From Neophaeotheca triangularis (taxonomy: Eukaryota), in assembly GCA_054600435.1 (NCBI GenBank), contig BAAIJX010000061.1, positions 1 to 64,000 on the forward strand: a DNA stretch of 64,000 bases, read 5' to 3'. Positions 47,768-59,914 of the stretch are shown here, in pieces. Under the pieces are notes generated by a model that searched no databases, was not told where the DNA came from, and saw only the letters and a list, made by a program, of their open reading frames with translations. How positions within the stretch are numbered: position 1 is the first letter of the stretch; each line of letters begins with the position of its first letter. A program made the translations under genes and the position numbers.

Positions 47768-48328
47768 GGTTGGAGCTGGGGTTCGGTGGTTGTTGTGTGG
47801 GCTGCGTTTGAGATCTGCCGGGTTGCGTCGTCAACGGTCAATAGTTGGCAAGACCGTCATCGTGCCCGTTAGCTATACTGCGATTGTTGCGATGCGGGAA
47901 CTTTATGGGTCGACAACAAAGAGCTCAATGTCCCGACTCCTTACCGGAGAGCAGCTGACGTTGAAGTCGACACTCGGCGTTAGCGGGGATAGCCGTTGAA
48001 CTGGCAGGGCAAAGGGGTAAGTCACTCCTATTCAATGACACAGCTATGTTACCTACACAGGAAATGATCAAAAGTAGGTCAAAATCAGGCAATCAAAGAC
48101 CGAGCTTCCGGCCCAGCGTATCTAGTTAGCCATATTATAGCGTTAAAAAAGGTGAAGCATCCAGCGCCGTCGCTCCAACGCTATTGCAGAAAAGCCAAAA
48201 TCTAGAAATCAAGGCCAAACCGGTATCCCAACCAGTAAACCTGGCGAAACCATACCCTATACTCCCAGCCTCGTCCATCCTCCACGAGACGCCCGGCAAA
48301 AACATTACGTATGTACAGACACGCCGCT

Positions 48329-51300
48329 TCAACCCTCACTCTTTCCCTTCTCGCTTTCAGTCGGACTGGGCGGCACAACGACCGTTGTAGGCGTTGGAAG
48401 CGCAGGCTCAGCAACCTCGAAACCCTTCACGTCGCTCAAATCCAGATTCCCTGGCGCTTTACCCGAAGCCGCAGTCGCAGGCCTCTCCTCCTCTTGCCCC
48501 TCACCCATACCCTCTTCCTCAGGTATACTCTCCTTGACCACACTCGCGGCCCCCTCTCCACTCTCAGTAGACGCGCCGGGTGCCCTCCTCCTCCGCCGCC
48601 TCGTCCTCTCATCGTCAGCACTCTCCCGCCTTCTCCTAACACGCAAACTGTCATCCCTTGCAGGCGGGGGCTCCGCATCTGGGTCCCGCAGCCCTTGCAG
48701 CATGCTCGCGGCTCTGTCGGCAATGTCCTCGCCCTCGCTTGTCGCACCTTGCGGCTCCTCACCATTGGCGGCAGCACCAGCACCACTGCCCTCATTGGTA
48801 GAACTCGGGCTAAGCAGCGCGCCATTCCCGCCCTCGCCGCCTTCGGCATTCTCCTCCAAATTCTCGCCCGTTTCGGGGATTTTCTGCCCAGAGGCGACGC
48901 GCACTTGATGGCGGTCCTTTAGGCGCGCGCGGCGGCGGCGGTCCCGTGTATCCCTTGTCTGAGGCGCGGCGGCGCGGAGTTTCTCCAGCAGAGTATCCAT
49001 GGCACCCGTGGCGCCAGGGGAGGGAGGAGCGCCATCGGGGGCAGTGGCAGTAGTGGCAGTGGTTGTTGAAGGCTGCATAGCGGCCTGTTTGCGGCGCATG
49101 TTCGCCTCGTTGCGGCGCCAAGTATCCTCCAAGACCATGTTCTTCTCGTGGGATTTCTGCGAATAGACGACACGAGTCAATGACTTCATCCCGCAACATC
49201 AGCCAAGGTATTGGGGAAAGACTCACCTTATACTCCAGCACAAAATTCGCCAACTTGCCAAAGAACTCCCTCCTCGCGTTCTCATCCTTGTTGTCGTCGC
49301 CGAAAAACGTCAAAATGTCATCGTACACCCGCTTCATCTCCTCAAGGTATAAACCCATCTGCTCAGCCTTGCGCCTCGCCTCCTTCATACTCCGCTGGAC
49401 AACCTGACTGACGCGATCCTCAGGATGGAACTTGCGAGGATCGCTAAGGTTACCGGCATCCAGCGACGCCTGGACATTGCTGATGTTGTCAATGTAGCGC
49501 TTTGCGTCAGCTTGCAATTGCTCGACGTTGAGCTTTTGCGCCGCGACCACGCCGCCAATGTCCTCCACGAAACCTTCGTATTGCGGGTATTGCCGGCGAA
49601 CGACGCGCTCGACGTAGTCCATCAGCGTGCTCTCGTTCTTGTCGTCCTTGACCATTCCGAGACGCGCGAGTGATGAGAGTTTGAAACCCACGGCTTGTTT
49701 GTTGCTGTCGTTCATGTAATTTCCAATGTCCAGGATCAGGCCGAAGACGGGCATGAGTTTGACCGAGTCGCGCAGGGATTCCGAGACGGAGACAACTTGT
49801 TTGAGTTTGAAGGAGACTTCGTCGTACTCGGTCTCGAAACTGCGCGTAAGGGCCAAAGCGCGCATGCGGGCTTTCCAGTAGTGATGCAGTTCGTAGGCTG
49901 TGTACAGGTAGATCTGGTCTTCGCGCGTCAGTTCGCTTGGGTCCTGCTCCGGCGGCGTCTTAAGCGCGTCCGGGCCGGTAAAGTCGCGGCTGTAGGGCCC
50001 CATAACTTTAGTCACGTTGTCGGGAATTGTGCTCAGGTGCTCGGTTTGCAAGAAGTCCATGACGTTGCTGTTGTCGAGCATGTCCTTGTCGCAGTGGATG
50101 ATCATGCGAGTGATCTCCTCGGCGTCCGCGGTGGAGAATTTGGCAAGTGAAATTTGCATCGTGTGCATCAGGTCGCGAGAGATGATCTGCTTTTTATCGC
50201 TCTTTTTGCCAGAGGCCTTGCCAATCTGCTTGATGTCTTTGGCCATGAAGAGCTTTTCAATCTCATCGAGGATACCCTTTTTAGCGAGTTCTTGGTACTT
50301 TTCTTCCTTTTGTTCTTGCGACCCAGGCATGATGCCCGCCCACATTGAGACTTCTGGCGCATCCACCTTCTCCCAATGCAGGGCTTTGAGCTTCTTCTTC
50401 GGCCGTGGTGCAGCCATCCCGACAGTCTGAGATCCTGGGTACATGGGTGGAGGCAGGAAGCCGCCCTTCTTAGCCCCGGGAAGAGGCGGTGCGCCAGGTG
50501 GTGGAGGAGGCGGAGGCGGGGCACCACCAGCACCAGCCATGCCAGGCGGAGGAGGGGGTGGAGGAGGAGCGGCACCGTTAAAGCCAGGCATAGGCGGAGG
50601 TGGAGGTGGAGGAGGACCACCGCTGCCGAACCCAGGCATGGGTGGGGGCGGTGGTGGAGGAGCACCACCGAAACCGGGCATCGGAGGCGGTGGAGGCGGC
50701 GGTGCACCACCGAACCCGGGCATAGGCGGAGGAGGCGGCGCATCGGGCCCATTGAACTTATCTTTCGGCTGCTCCTCATCGCTAGGCGTCTTGGGCGATT
50801 CGCTCTCAAGGCTCGGATGACTTGGTCCAGTGGTAACACCATCGCCCTCATCGTCCGAATCGCCATAACGCTTTGTCTTTCCGGTCAGTTCAGCAAGCAT
50901 GCCATTCTGCTGCTGCTGAGCCTGCGCGGAGGGTACTCTCGGCTTCGACATCTGAATCAAACGAGGCTTCTCAATCACGCCCTCTTCCTCGCTGCCGAGC
51001 TCCTCGACCTGCTGCTGTTGTTGCTGTCCACCGACGGGCTTCCGATGGATACCACTCTTCGCGCGACTGGTCCCAAGGTGCATACCATCGCCCAGCGTAT
51101 CCGGCTGCACGTCCTGCGCCCCGTCCATCTTCTCCCGAAGCTCTCTAAGCTTATCCGAGGGGTTGACTTGTTGCCACACCTTGCCCTCCAGCTTGGCTTG
51201 TGTCTTTGCGCGCTCGAGCTGCATCTCCAGACGATCCATGAGCTTTTCGCGGTCGAGGATTCCCTGCATAGCAGATGGGTCGGTCCCCTTGTCGCCCTCT

Positions 51301-53750
51301 TTGCCGCTCTTCTTGGAACTACTGGCGGCGATGTCTTGAGCATCTCGAAGCATCAGGTAGAGCTCACGGGTCTCGAGCTCGTTTCTTTGGAGCTCTGCGG
51401 CGCGGACTCGTTGCGTCTCGGCAAGATCAGCCTTGTAAGCTTCGTTTTGACGGTGCTGGAGTTCGATGACCGCAGCCTGTTCCTCGAGCTGCTTCTGCAG
51501 TTTCCCAACGAGACCGTCTGCGCCGAGTTCGACTTGAGCTTTCATCTCATCGCGCTCGGCCACCGCAGCGTCACCGATGAGTCTCGCCTCGTGCGCTTCT
51601 TCCCTGGCCTGCCGTGCCTCGCCATCTGTATACAATTTGTCCATCAAGCTCTGCACGGTGAAATTGAGACTCTGCTTGAGATCCAGATCCGGTAACCGAC
51701 GATCCATGGCCACGTACGAAAGCATATTATCGACGAGCTGAAACATCCTCAAGCGGTCCTCGCCGTCATTGTCCCGGATCATCATGAGATGCTGCATCGC
51801 GCTGAGGAAGTAGTCTCCGGCCCTCGAGCCCGCAACCTTTGACTGAATCGCTTCGACGATCTGCGCCGGGTCGTTGAGGTCTTTGCCTTCGCCCTCGATG
51901 CTGTCAATCATGCTGCTGTTCTCTTTTTCGAGCCAGTCTTCGTAATCGATAGCCTCATTTGTCCGGTAGCGCTCAATCTGCTTGTCGATAATCTCATACT
52001 GGAACTCCTCCATCTTCTGGAAGATCCGCTTCAACCCTGTGGCTGTGAATTGTGCGCGGATATGGCACCGTAGCTGCAAGTCCCTCTCCGGCGCATCCAC
52101 AATCATATTGACCAAGAACAGCGAAGCCACGGCGTACTCCATGAGAAGATTCTCCATGCCAATACCACCGCTGCGCACCTCATCCGAAGCGCCAACCAGC
52201 GAGCCCATCTTACCCCTACCATCGACCGTAACCTCTACTATCCGCATCCAAGCATCAAACCTCCCATTCTCATTCTGCAACGTCTTGAGATGATCCAGCG
52301 CCTGCAACACCTTCAAATGACCCTCACCATCCGCCCAATGACACAGAAAAGTCATGACCTCCGACACCAACTTGCGCGTATTCAATCGCGGCGAGACCAA
52401 CGACCCCGCAAGCGCCATAACAATCTTCTCATGATGCAGAGCATTATCCGCACCAAACTTGTTATTCATCAACGCCTTCAAACACTTGACAATGTCGTAC
52501 TCGCGGTCCAGGTCCCTCTCACTCGTCGTCCCCGAAGCCGGCGCGGGCCCGGATTGCTGCCGCTTGTTGATCTTCGCGAGAACGTTGGTTAAAGCAACCT
52601 GCCCTTGCGCTTCCACGAAGCTCTTGACCCATCCTATCGGCTGCGTGCGCAAGCTCACCGAGAGCGATTGCAGCTGCTTGCCCGTGATGCTGTTGTCCAT
52701 GAGCTTGCGGACGAACCACTCGGGGCTGCCTTCTTCGTCAGCGCGGCCGATGATGTTATACCCGCCGTCTTGCCCCGTCATGGTGTGTCTAGCTGTCATT
52801 CTGCGCTTTTGCTCGCCCTGCCACTCTGCTAATCGGTCTTGATGGACCAGTGTCCACTTCTTCGCTATAGGGTATGCTTCCATCTGTCTGCGTGCTTGTT
52901 CTGGTAGTGATTTCCAACCTCGCTTGTGCATTAATTCCATAAACTCCGCTTCGATCTTCTTGTCATCGGGCGGTCTTTGCAGGTTGAATCCGTCCGGGGT
53001 GAAGGAGGCGGTGCTCGAGAATGCTGACGGGTTGTGCGCATTAAGGAAACCGTGGTGGTGTCGAGATTCCCTCTCTCGAGAGTTTGAATGCCCGTACTGC
53101 GGGCCAAGTTGCGAATTATCCAGCTGTGTCGAAGGGAAGGAAGCCTGACTTGCATTCAGGTGGTTGTAGGAGTTGGTAGATCTTATGCTCTCATGATCTG
53201 AGCTGTTTCTCGATTTAGTACCGTCATAAACACCATTCAGCGTGGTAGCATCCGACTCGAACGATCTCGACGTCCCCGCCCTCGGGTTGGCACTCCCATG
53301 CGTTGGCGGCCTCTGCGCAGCCGCATTCTGTTGCTGTCCCTCCCACGAGGGGTACTGGTGGAAATCGCCGCCCCCCTTGTTCAGATGATGGGGCTGCGGA
53401 TCTCTTCTCGACGCAGGTTTATCCATGTGATTGACAAGCACCGGCTGCCGGGTATCCTTGTTCGCGTTCTCGTAGGGTATGCTGGTGATTACACCTGCTT
53501 GCATGGCTAAGCCGTCTGCGCTCTTATCCGCATACCTGTGATAGTGTCCTGGTTCAATCGTCGAAACCGAGCTACGGTGCGAGTGTCGTGATCCCGTGCT
53601 TCCTCCTGCGTCGTTGCCATATTGGCTTGGTATGGTGGGAGTTTCCGGTACGGGGAGAGCCTCATTGTTGCCTTTGTCCTTCTTGTTGCGAGAGAAGAAA
53701 GACTTGCCCCCGCTCGATTGTCGCCCACTCTTGTCGCCACTGGAGAACAT
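48329..53750 (-). CDS. sepA: Formin (SepA/Bni1 type; GBD/FH3, FH1, FH2, DAD); exons 53750-49227, 49156-48329
   Basis: Poly-Pro FH1 repeats PPPPPPMPGFGG, FH2 start KKLKALHWEKV, GNYMN...GFKLSSL, and DAD MDTLLEKLRAAAP..RDRRRRAR. Confidence 0.96.
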
Positions 53751-54612
53751 GATCGCCTCCCTCTCTTTCAACCTTCTGCAAAGCGCTCAGGCCGCGGCGC
53801 CCGGCGCGTCGTCGACAGTATCCCGGCCAGTGTATGGTTGATCGTGTCTCGATGACTGATCGTTTCGCTAAAAGAGAATTTCCTCGTTGTGTCTTCAGTT
53901 ACTCTCACACGCGTTCTGGGAGAGTGAAGTACAACAAAGGGCGAATCCCAAAGCCGGAACCGGAAGTGACCCCCTGCTGCTGTCCCCCCCGGGTCACTCA
54001 CTACTCGCGCGTGCAGTGACGAAGCGATACAATCCAACAAAAGACCGAACAGTATTTTCCAGTAATGCCGACGTTCCCAGGCCAGATCCAGAGTGTCACA
54101 GATATCGGAGGGGTTATGGAGGCAGTGGTGGATTGAGCGGTGGGTGGTAGATGCTGTTCCGCAGGGTGAGACGCTCGCTGTCTCTCCCCCAGAGTCCCCT
54201 AAACAGACCACAAGGAGTGGCGCTAAAAGGGAGCAGCCGCACGAATTGGCTTTGAGCTTGCTGTGACTCAATTCCTATTGGCCGGTCTCTTTATTTTTTC
54301 CAAGGTCAACAGTTTGACAGGAGTTCGCAATTCATATGGAGTAGCTGGACTAAAATCGAAGATGGTCGCTTGCATTCATCTCTTATCTGCCACAAAATTG
54401 TCCATGAGGCGAACAAACCGTGACACTTTGTCGATGGGGACTACATAGCTCAACGCGCTCTGTTCACTTCTTGCATCCATGAATGATTGACTCAGCCATG
54501 TCTGGTCCATAAGGAATACGTTGAAATATAGAGCTAGCTACCTACACACTCAAACACCGCAACTCCATCGCTCCCAGTAAAGCCAAGGGTATTTCTCCAT
54601 CTGAACCAGACC

Positions 54613-55771
54613 TCAAGAGTAGGACGTGATGTGGTACTGCGCCGGGATCATTAGCACACCCCCAAGGCATTATACCAACGTAAGCACGACTCACCGTAAG
54701 CACACTCTCCGTAGCACCACTATCCTCCTCACCTAAGAACACATACAGCACCAGCGCCGTGCCATCAACAAAACACGCAATAACCCTACTTGGGTTCAGG
54801 CGACCCACGCTCAACACCTTCCCCCAGTCCTTACCATCGACCTTGACGCTCGCCCAGCCTTCCTCGCTCTCCCCGCGCGAGTCCCCCAACTCCTTCATGC
54901 GAGCGCTGGGATGGTTCGCAAGCCCTTGGCTTCCATCTTCGTGCTGCGAGGGATCAAGCTCGGGGTTCACTAGTCCGGTCCACTGGGATTTGATGCGCAT
55001 GGCGTCCGTATTGAGGGAAAGGCGTAGACAGCCGTGCATGTTAGCGCTGAGCTCGAGTCGGGGGCCTGAGCTTGCGGATGCAAAACCTGTGCGTCCGCGA
55101 GCGCTGTCACCGCTCGTCTTGGAGAGGGCGATTTTAGTGAAGCGATCTGAGATACTCTTGAGCTGTAGAAGGTTGGGCAGGTTGATGTACGCGTCTGGAT
55201 CTCGACTGTGCGGCTCATGATAATTGGCGACGGATGCCGGAGCGAGGACTTTGACGGGTACGTCTTGGGTTATTACGACTTCGCGATTCTGATTGCGCGT
55301 TGGGCCGAAGAGGTCGGCGCTCTCTTCGCGGAATTGATGGGGGCCTGTTGCGAAGCTGTTGGGGTTTGCGCCATCGCTGTCGTTGAAGGCGCCGTTGCGG
55401 GATGCGGTTGCTACGGCATGGCTGGAGGCCTCGGCGTAAATGGTTAGAGAAAGGAGAGGTTTGCCTTCTTTTTTTGTAAGACGAATCTCGGCGGAGACGG
55501 CGTTTTGGGCGCTTCTCAGCGCGATTAACAAAGAGGGAAGGGCGAATTGTAGGTTGATGGTATTGCCTGGGGCGGCGGATTGGATGTTGTAGGTTTCGAA
55601 AATGGTCTCGATCGCTAGAACGGACCAGACTTGGGAGCCTTTGTCTGGGAGGACGGTGAAGCGAACATCGTTGTCGTCTAGTCTGACCCAAGCGATGTTG
55701 TTGAGAGTCGCGAGAGATGCTATGAGCTTGGTGAAGGTATTGATATTGGTGACCTGAGCTCGGAAACGCAT
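54613..55771 (-). CDS. HUS1: 9-1-1 checkpoint clamp subunit Hus1/Mec3; exons 55771-54695, 54636-54613
   Basis: MRFRAQV...FTKLIASL..L...AWVRLD, QVWSVL, IRLTKK, ITQDVPV, ELSANMHGCLRL, W.GL.NP.L; the terminal exon encodes YHITSYS. Confidence 0.85.
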
Positions 55772-55877
55772 GGTCGTGTTGATGGATGATAAATCCCACG
55801 GTCAATTGACAAAAACTTGGGTCAACTTTCTCAAGATACAGTCGTGCTATTCAAGGTAGTGTTTTCGCATGATGCCT

Positions 55878-55907
55878 GAACGCGAAGGAAACGCGGCCTC
55901 ACGTGAC
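55878..55907. promoter_or_regulatory. MCB-like ACGCG elements and a TCACGTGAC E-box in the divergent HUS1/LRR promoter
   Basis: AACGCGAA, AACGCGG and TCACGTGAC lie within 30 bp, about 110-135 bp upstream of the HUS1 ATG. Confidence 0.35.
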
Positions 55908-56298
55908 TTTACGCTATCCTGACGACATCACACCTGATATGTGTGCGTACGCAAGAGGGAGGACTGATATGGCCCAATACCAGTTTTACCTCGAGGCAAC
56001 GATGCTGTCGTCCGAAGAGTGTGTAATTATGTGTTGTTGCCGCGAGGTCGCATCCCGAGGTCGTCTCTACCCGAGATGCGCTATCGCCATCCCCGGATCT
56101 TATCGCGCACGGACACTGAATCCGTCATCGTGCTTGCCGCTTTCGACCCTGCCCTGCATGTGCGGGTCCACGGGTGTCAACAGCGATCTCGAATGATTCC
56201 GCCGATGCGACAAGGCTGCAGCCTTCCATCCTCCAACCTTTCCCTCCTTGTTCGCTATCCGTTGCACCGCACCGCATTCCTTCAGCGACTCACCAGCA

Positions 56299-58548
56299 AT
56301 GGCGGCGCGGCCAAGGGAAGCACGGCGATCGAAGCGCCAGGCTACCACTCGCAAGCGCAGTCTCTACCAGGAAGTCGACACCGACGATGAGCTCGAGGCA
56401 GACAGCGAAGACGACTTCCAGCCGGCATCGAGACGAGAACGATTCCAGGACTCCCCACAACCGCCGCTCAAGAAGCAACGCACAACCAAACGTGTCGCAA
56501 AACCGCAGACTCGAAGTGTTGCAGCCAAAACAAAAAGCAAACCCGCAAGGAGGGCCGCGATAGGTGCGCCCCGCAGAGCACGCAAAACACCAAGCGAGGC
56601 GGCGGATGCGCAAAGGAAGTTTACAGGTCCTAGCGATGGTCGCATACCGCCGTGGGCAACGTTGCCGGTGAATATACAGCGCGACATCTTCGTCTTCGCC
56701 TCGCAGCCTCTACACGAGCGCGGATCGGAGCACAACGTAGCATGGCTTATGCAGACAGCGCGCGGTGTCTGCCGGGCTTTCGCGCAGCCTGCTTTGGAAG
56801 CCTACTACGAGTCTCCAGCTTTTCTAAATACCACTCACCCTCATGACCTCGCGGCGCTGCTCAGGTTGCCGAAAGAGAACCGTTTCATGGATTACAACGT
56901 GAAGATTCGTAAGATTGAGATGGGCGTACAGTACTTGGCATATACGGCTCACAGTCGGGCTCTTTTCCATCTTTGTTCGTTGGTTTCCGCGATTCCTCGG
57001 CTGCAACATCTCGAAATCAAGCATCCGGTTCATGAGCCGCCGTATCGTCCAGTGAAGTTTCAAAAATGGCAATACCCTCGAGATCTGCATCACGTTTTAT
57101 CCCACCGTGGCGTACGGCTGAAGTCATGGCGCTGGAGTAGAGAGATGATCAACATATCCTGGATGGACGATGGGGAAGATCAGTCGGATTGGTCATTACA
57201 GGCCACCAATGGGAAGGTGTTTAACATCTGGCCAACCCGGCTAGAAGGTAGTGACGATCTGTACAGTATCATGACCCGTGTCCACCTAACCGACGCATTC
57301 CAATCTCTGGAGCGTGTTACGATATGCGGGTTCAACCAAGCCGATAGCGTACCAAAAGCCGAGACTGAAGAGGAGAAGGAGCAAAATAGTCCTGTGCAAG
57401 ATCTCCAAAGCACCCTCTCAGCCTTACCGCACTTGAGAGACTTGACCTTCATCTCTTGCGACCTTCTCAGGGACAACTTCTTCGAAACCCTACCAACACG
57501 ACTTCAACGTCTGGAACTCAGCAACTGCCGATACGTTAATAGCGAGATGCTCAGCGAGTTCCTGGCATTCGGAGGCTCACAGCTGCTGGAGCTTGAGCTC
57601 AAACACAACATTGCTCTCGATCTAGCTTTCCTGCCCGCCTTGAATACCTCATGTCCGAAGCTTGAACGGCTGAAAGTCGATGCCCATTTCTACAGCGAAC
57701 TAGTCACCGTCTATGATGCCGATCCTCTCTACGACGAACTACTTCTTCCAGATGAGATTCCCAGCTGGCCAGCTTCACTGCAGTCCATCGAGCTTCTGCA
57801 ATTACAAAAGTGGTCTATGGAAGCAGCCGTCAACCTCTTCAAATCCCTCATCGACAGCGCTCCCAATCTCCCAGCCCTCCGTCATCTGGCCATCGAAGCA
57901 CATGTCAACATGCCTTGGCGTGACCGCGCTGGCTTCCGAGACCAATGGATTGAACGCCTCAGACGCGTCTACCTCCACAAACCCGAGCCGCCTCTCGCAA
58001 TGCTTGGTTCGCTCCGCCAGTGGAAACTATGGAACCTCATGAACAAAGCGCAAGGGCCAGCCAAATCGAACAACGCATCCTCATCCACCGCCGGCGCCTC
58101 ATTCGCAGGCAAGAACGACTCCGATAACGAGCCCCTTGCTCGCCGCAAAATGACTTCCGTCTCCATATCCCCTCGTAAACCCCACAACGGCGACACAGAC
58201 GTCTACAGCGACGACTCGGATGCCCCACTCAGGACATCGCGCCGTCCACGCCGCAGCACTCGCGTCCAAACCGTGACCTCCACTAAAACCTCCACTCCAG
58301 CCACAACTTCAGACGACTCGGAGGCTGCTGACGACGTCGATGTAAAGGAAGACTGGCGCACCAAGCCCGAAGCTTCTATCCAAGGCCTCTGCCACACTGT
58401 GGATGTCCGGATCGATAACCAGCGGCCAAGGGAAACTCAACGAACGGAGGCGGAGTTTCTTGATAGCGAGGTCAGTGGAGATGAAGATTGGACGGAGAAC
58501 GGGGTCGAGGGGGTCGAGGAAGAGGAGGAGGATCGGTATGCTTGGTAG
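56299..58548 (+). CDS. Conserved fungal protein with an F-box-like segment and leucine-rich (RNI-like) repeats
   Basis: 749-aa ORF from MAARPR with WATLPVNIQRDIF (F-box-like) and LRR-like LRDLTFISC, LQRLELSNC, LLELELKHN, LERLKVD. Confidence 0.75.
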   Translation: MAARPREARRSKRQATTRKRSLYQEVDTDDELEADSEDDFQPASRRERFQDSPQPPLKKQRTTKRVAKPQTRSVAAKTKSKPARRAAIGAPRRARKTPSEAADAQRKFTGPSDGRIPPWATLPVNIQRDIFVFASQPLHERGSEHNVAWLMQTARGVCRAFAQPALEAYYESPAFLNTTHPHDLAALLRLPKENRFMDYNVKIRKIEMGVQYLAYTAHSRALFHLCSLVSAIPRLQHLEIKHPVHEPPYRPVKFQKWQYPRDLHHVLSHRGVRLKSWRWSREMINISWMDDGEDQSDWSLQATNGKVFNIWPTRLEGSDDLYSIMTRVHLTDAFQSLERVTICGFNQADSVPKAETEEEKEQNSPVQDLQSTLSALPHLRDLTFISCDLLRDNFFETLPTRLQRLELSNCRYVNSEMLSEFLAFGGSQLLELELKHNIALDLAFLPALNTSCPKLERLKVDAHFYSELVTVYDADPLYDELLLPDEIPSWPASLQSIELLQLQKWSMEAAVNLFKSLIDSAPNLPALRHLAIEAHVNMPWRDRAGFRDQWIERLRRVYLHKPEPPLAMLGSLRQWKLWNLMNKAQGPAKSNNASSSTAGASFAGKNDSDNEPLARRKMTSVSISPRKPHNGDTDVYSDDSDAPLRTSRRPRRSTRVQTVTSTKTSTPATTSDDSEAADDVDVKEDWRTKPEASIQGLCHTVDVRIDNQRPRETQRTEAEFLDSEVSGDEDWTENGVEGVEEEEEDRYAW

Positions 58549-59068
58549 AGTTGTGTTGAGGGCGTTACGTTCCTGGGTTTAGCGTGGCGCTTTTTGGGAA
58601 AACGGGTTTATCACTAGTATTACGAATGTGGTGGGCGTTGTTTTGCTGGGTCATGGGACCAAGGGCTGTATCCTTTATGGACACTGGGACGAAGGCGTTT
58701 CTCTTTCGGTTACGACAGCGTCGCTGCTTTTGATGGACTGGACTGGGTTATGTAGAACAAGGCACGCACTGAGAACGAAACGACCGATAATCGGTCGAAG
58801 TTATGGGCGTTTATTTAACTCGCCGTGGCATAGCTCCTTCTGTAGCTTTTCGTATGCTAGTGGTAGAATATAGGTAGTAAGGCACATTTTGGCAATTGAT
58901 GGCGACTGAAAAGAGTCCGTGCGCGACGGACTTCCAACCTCACCTCAAAATCCGAAGATGCCAAGCAGCAAGTTGCGCGCTGACGTTAGGAATTGTACAC
59001 AACCCACGGCATCTTAATGCTACGATTCTTGACAATTCAAGGCGTTTGGAATATAAAGCAGATATAAC

Positions 59069-59914
59069 ATGGAAGTAAGCCGCTCAGCCCTCCGCTCGCA
59101 AACACCCTCACCACCTACATCACCGGAAATCGACCGCGAACATGTGCTAGCACAATTGCAAAACTTGGACTACGATCTACCGACTTCCCAAATCACAAAT
59201 GAACAAGATCGAATCACTGGAGCAACTCCTCAAGAATCCAACGAACATGATGCCGAAGACGACGAAGGTCTAGAATTCCGCCTCTTCGCTCCAACCACCA
59301 AACCCACAGCCTCCTCAAACAAGAACCAGACCGACAAAAACCAAACCCAAACTCAAATTCAAACAACCCGCATCCGCCTCGACTCGCCCACAGAAGAAAA
59401 CCGCGCCCCCGGCTTCCTTAACCCTCACCGCAATCGAGCCTACTACTTCGCCACCCCACCTTCTCCGGAAACCCAAAAAACCCTCGACATCATAGCACTC
59501 TCCCCAACCCAAATTCACAACCTCTCCAAAATCCCATGGCCTGGCGTCTCATACCCATGGAAAGTGCTACACCTCCCTGCCACCAACTCCAGTCCTCAAA
59601 CACCGCAGCCAAAAACTTTCGCTAAGCTTGGGCTGCAAGCGGAAGTTTCCAAAAAGCGCACTCGCCTTTCCAAGGCTTGCAGGATTCGCAAGCGGAAGGC
59701 TTTGGCAATGGCTAGGGATGAGCAGGCTAGAGTTCGGGAGGTAAAGGAGGCGAAGGAGGTTGCGGAGAGGGAGAAGAGAACGAGGAGGAATCGGGAGAAG
59801 AAGATTAAGAAAAGGGCGAAGGAGAAGGCTGCGAAGGGTGGGGGTGGTGGAGAGGGGGATGGAGAGGTGAAGGGGGAGAGTTCTGGGGAGGAGGGGGAGG
59901 AGGGGGCCGAGTGA
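59069..59914 (+). CDS. DUF2011-like fungal protein (true start uncertain)
   Basis: EFRLF, IRLDSP, PGF..P.R...YYF, PWPG..YPWKV and a Lys/Arg-rich C-terminal helix. Confidence 0.7.
   Translation: MEVSRSALRSQTPSPPTSPEIDREHVLAQLQNLDYDLPTSQITNEQDRITGATPQESNEHDAEDDEGLEFRLFAPTTKPTASSNKNQTDKNQTQTQIQTTRIRLDSPTEENRAPGFLNPHRNRAYYFATPPSPETQKTLDIIALSPTQIHNLSKIPWPGVSYPWKVLHLPATNSSPQTPQPKTFAKLGLQAEVSKKRTRLSKACRIRKRKALAMARDEQARVREVKEAKEVAEREKRTRRNREKKIKKRAKEKAAKGGGGGEGDGEVKGESSGEEGEEGAE

Noticed and set aside
50376..51695. 439-aa antisense ORF over the formin, and the similar 18980-19933 ORF over the BTB gene
   Set aside because: Shadow ORFs of GC-rich coding sequence with non-protein-like composition.
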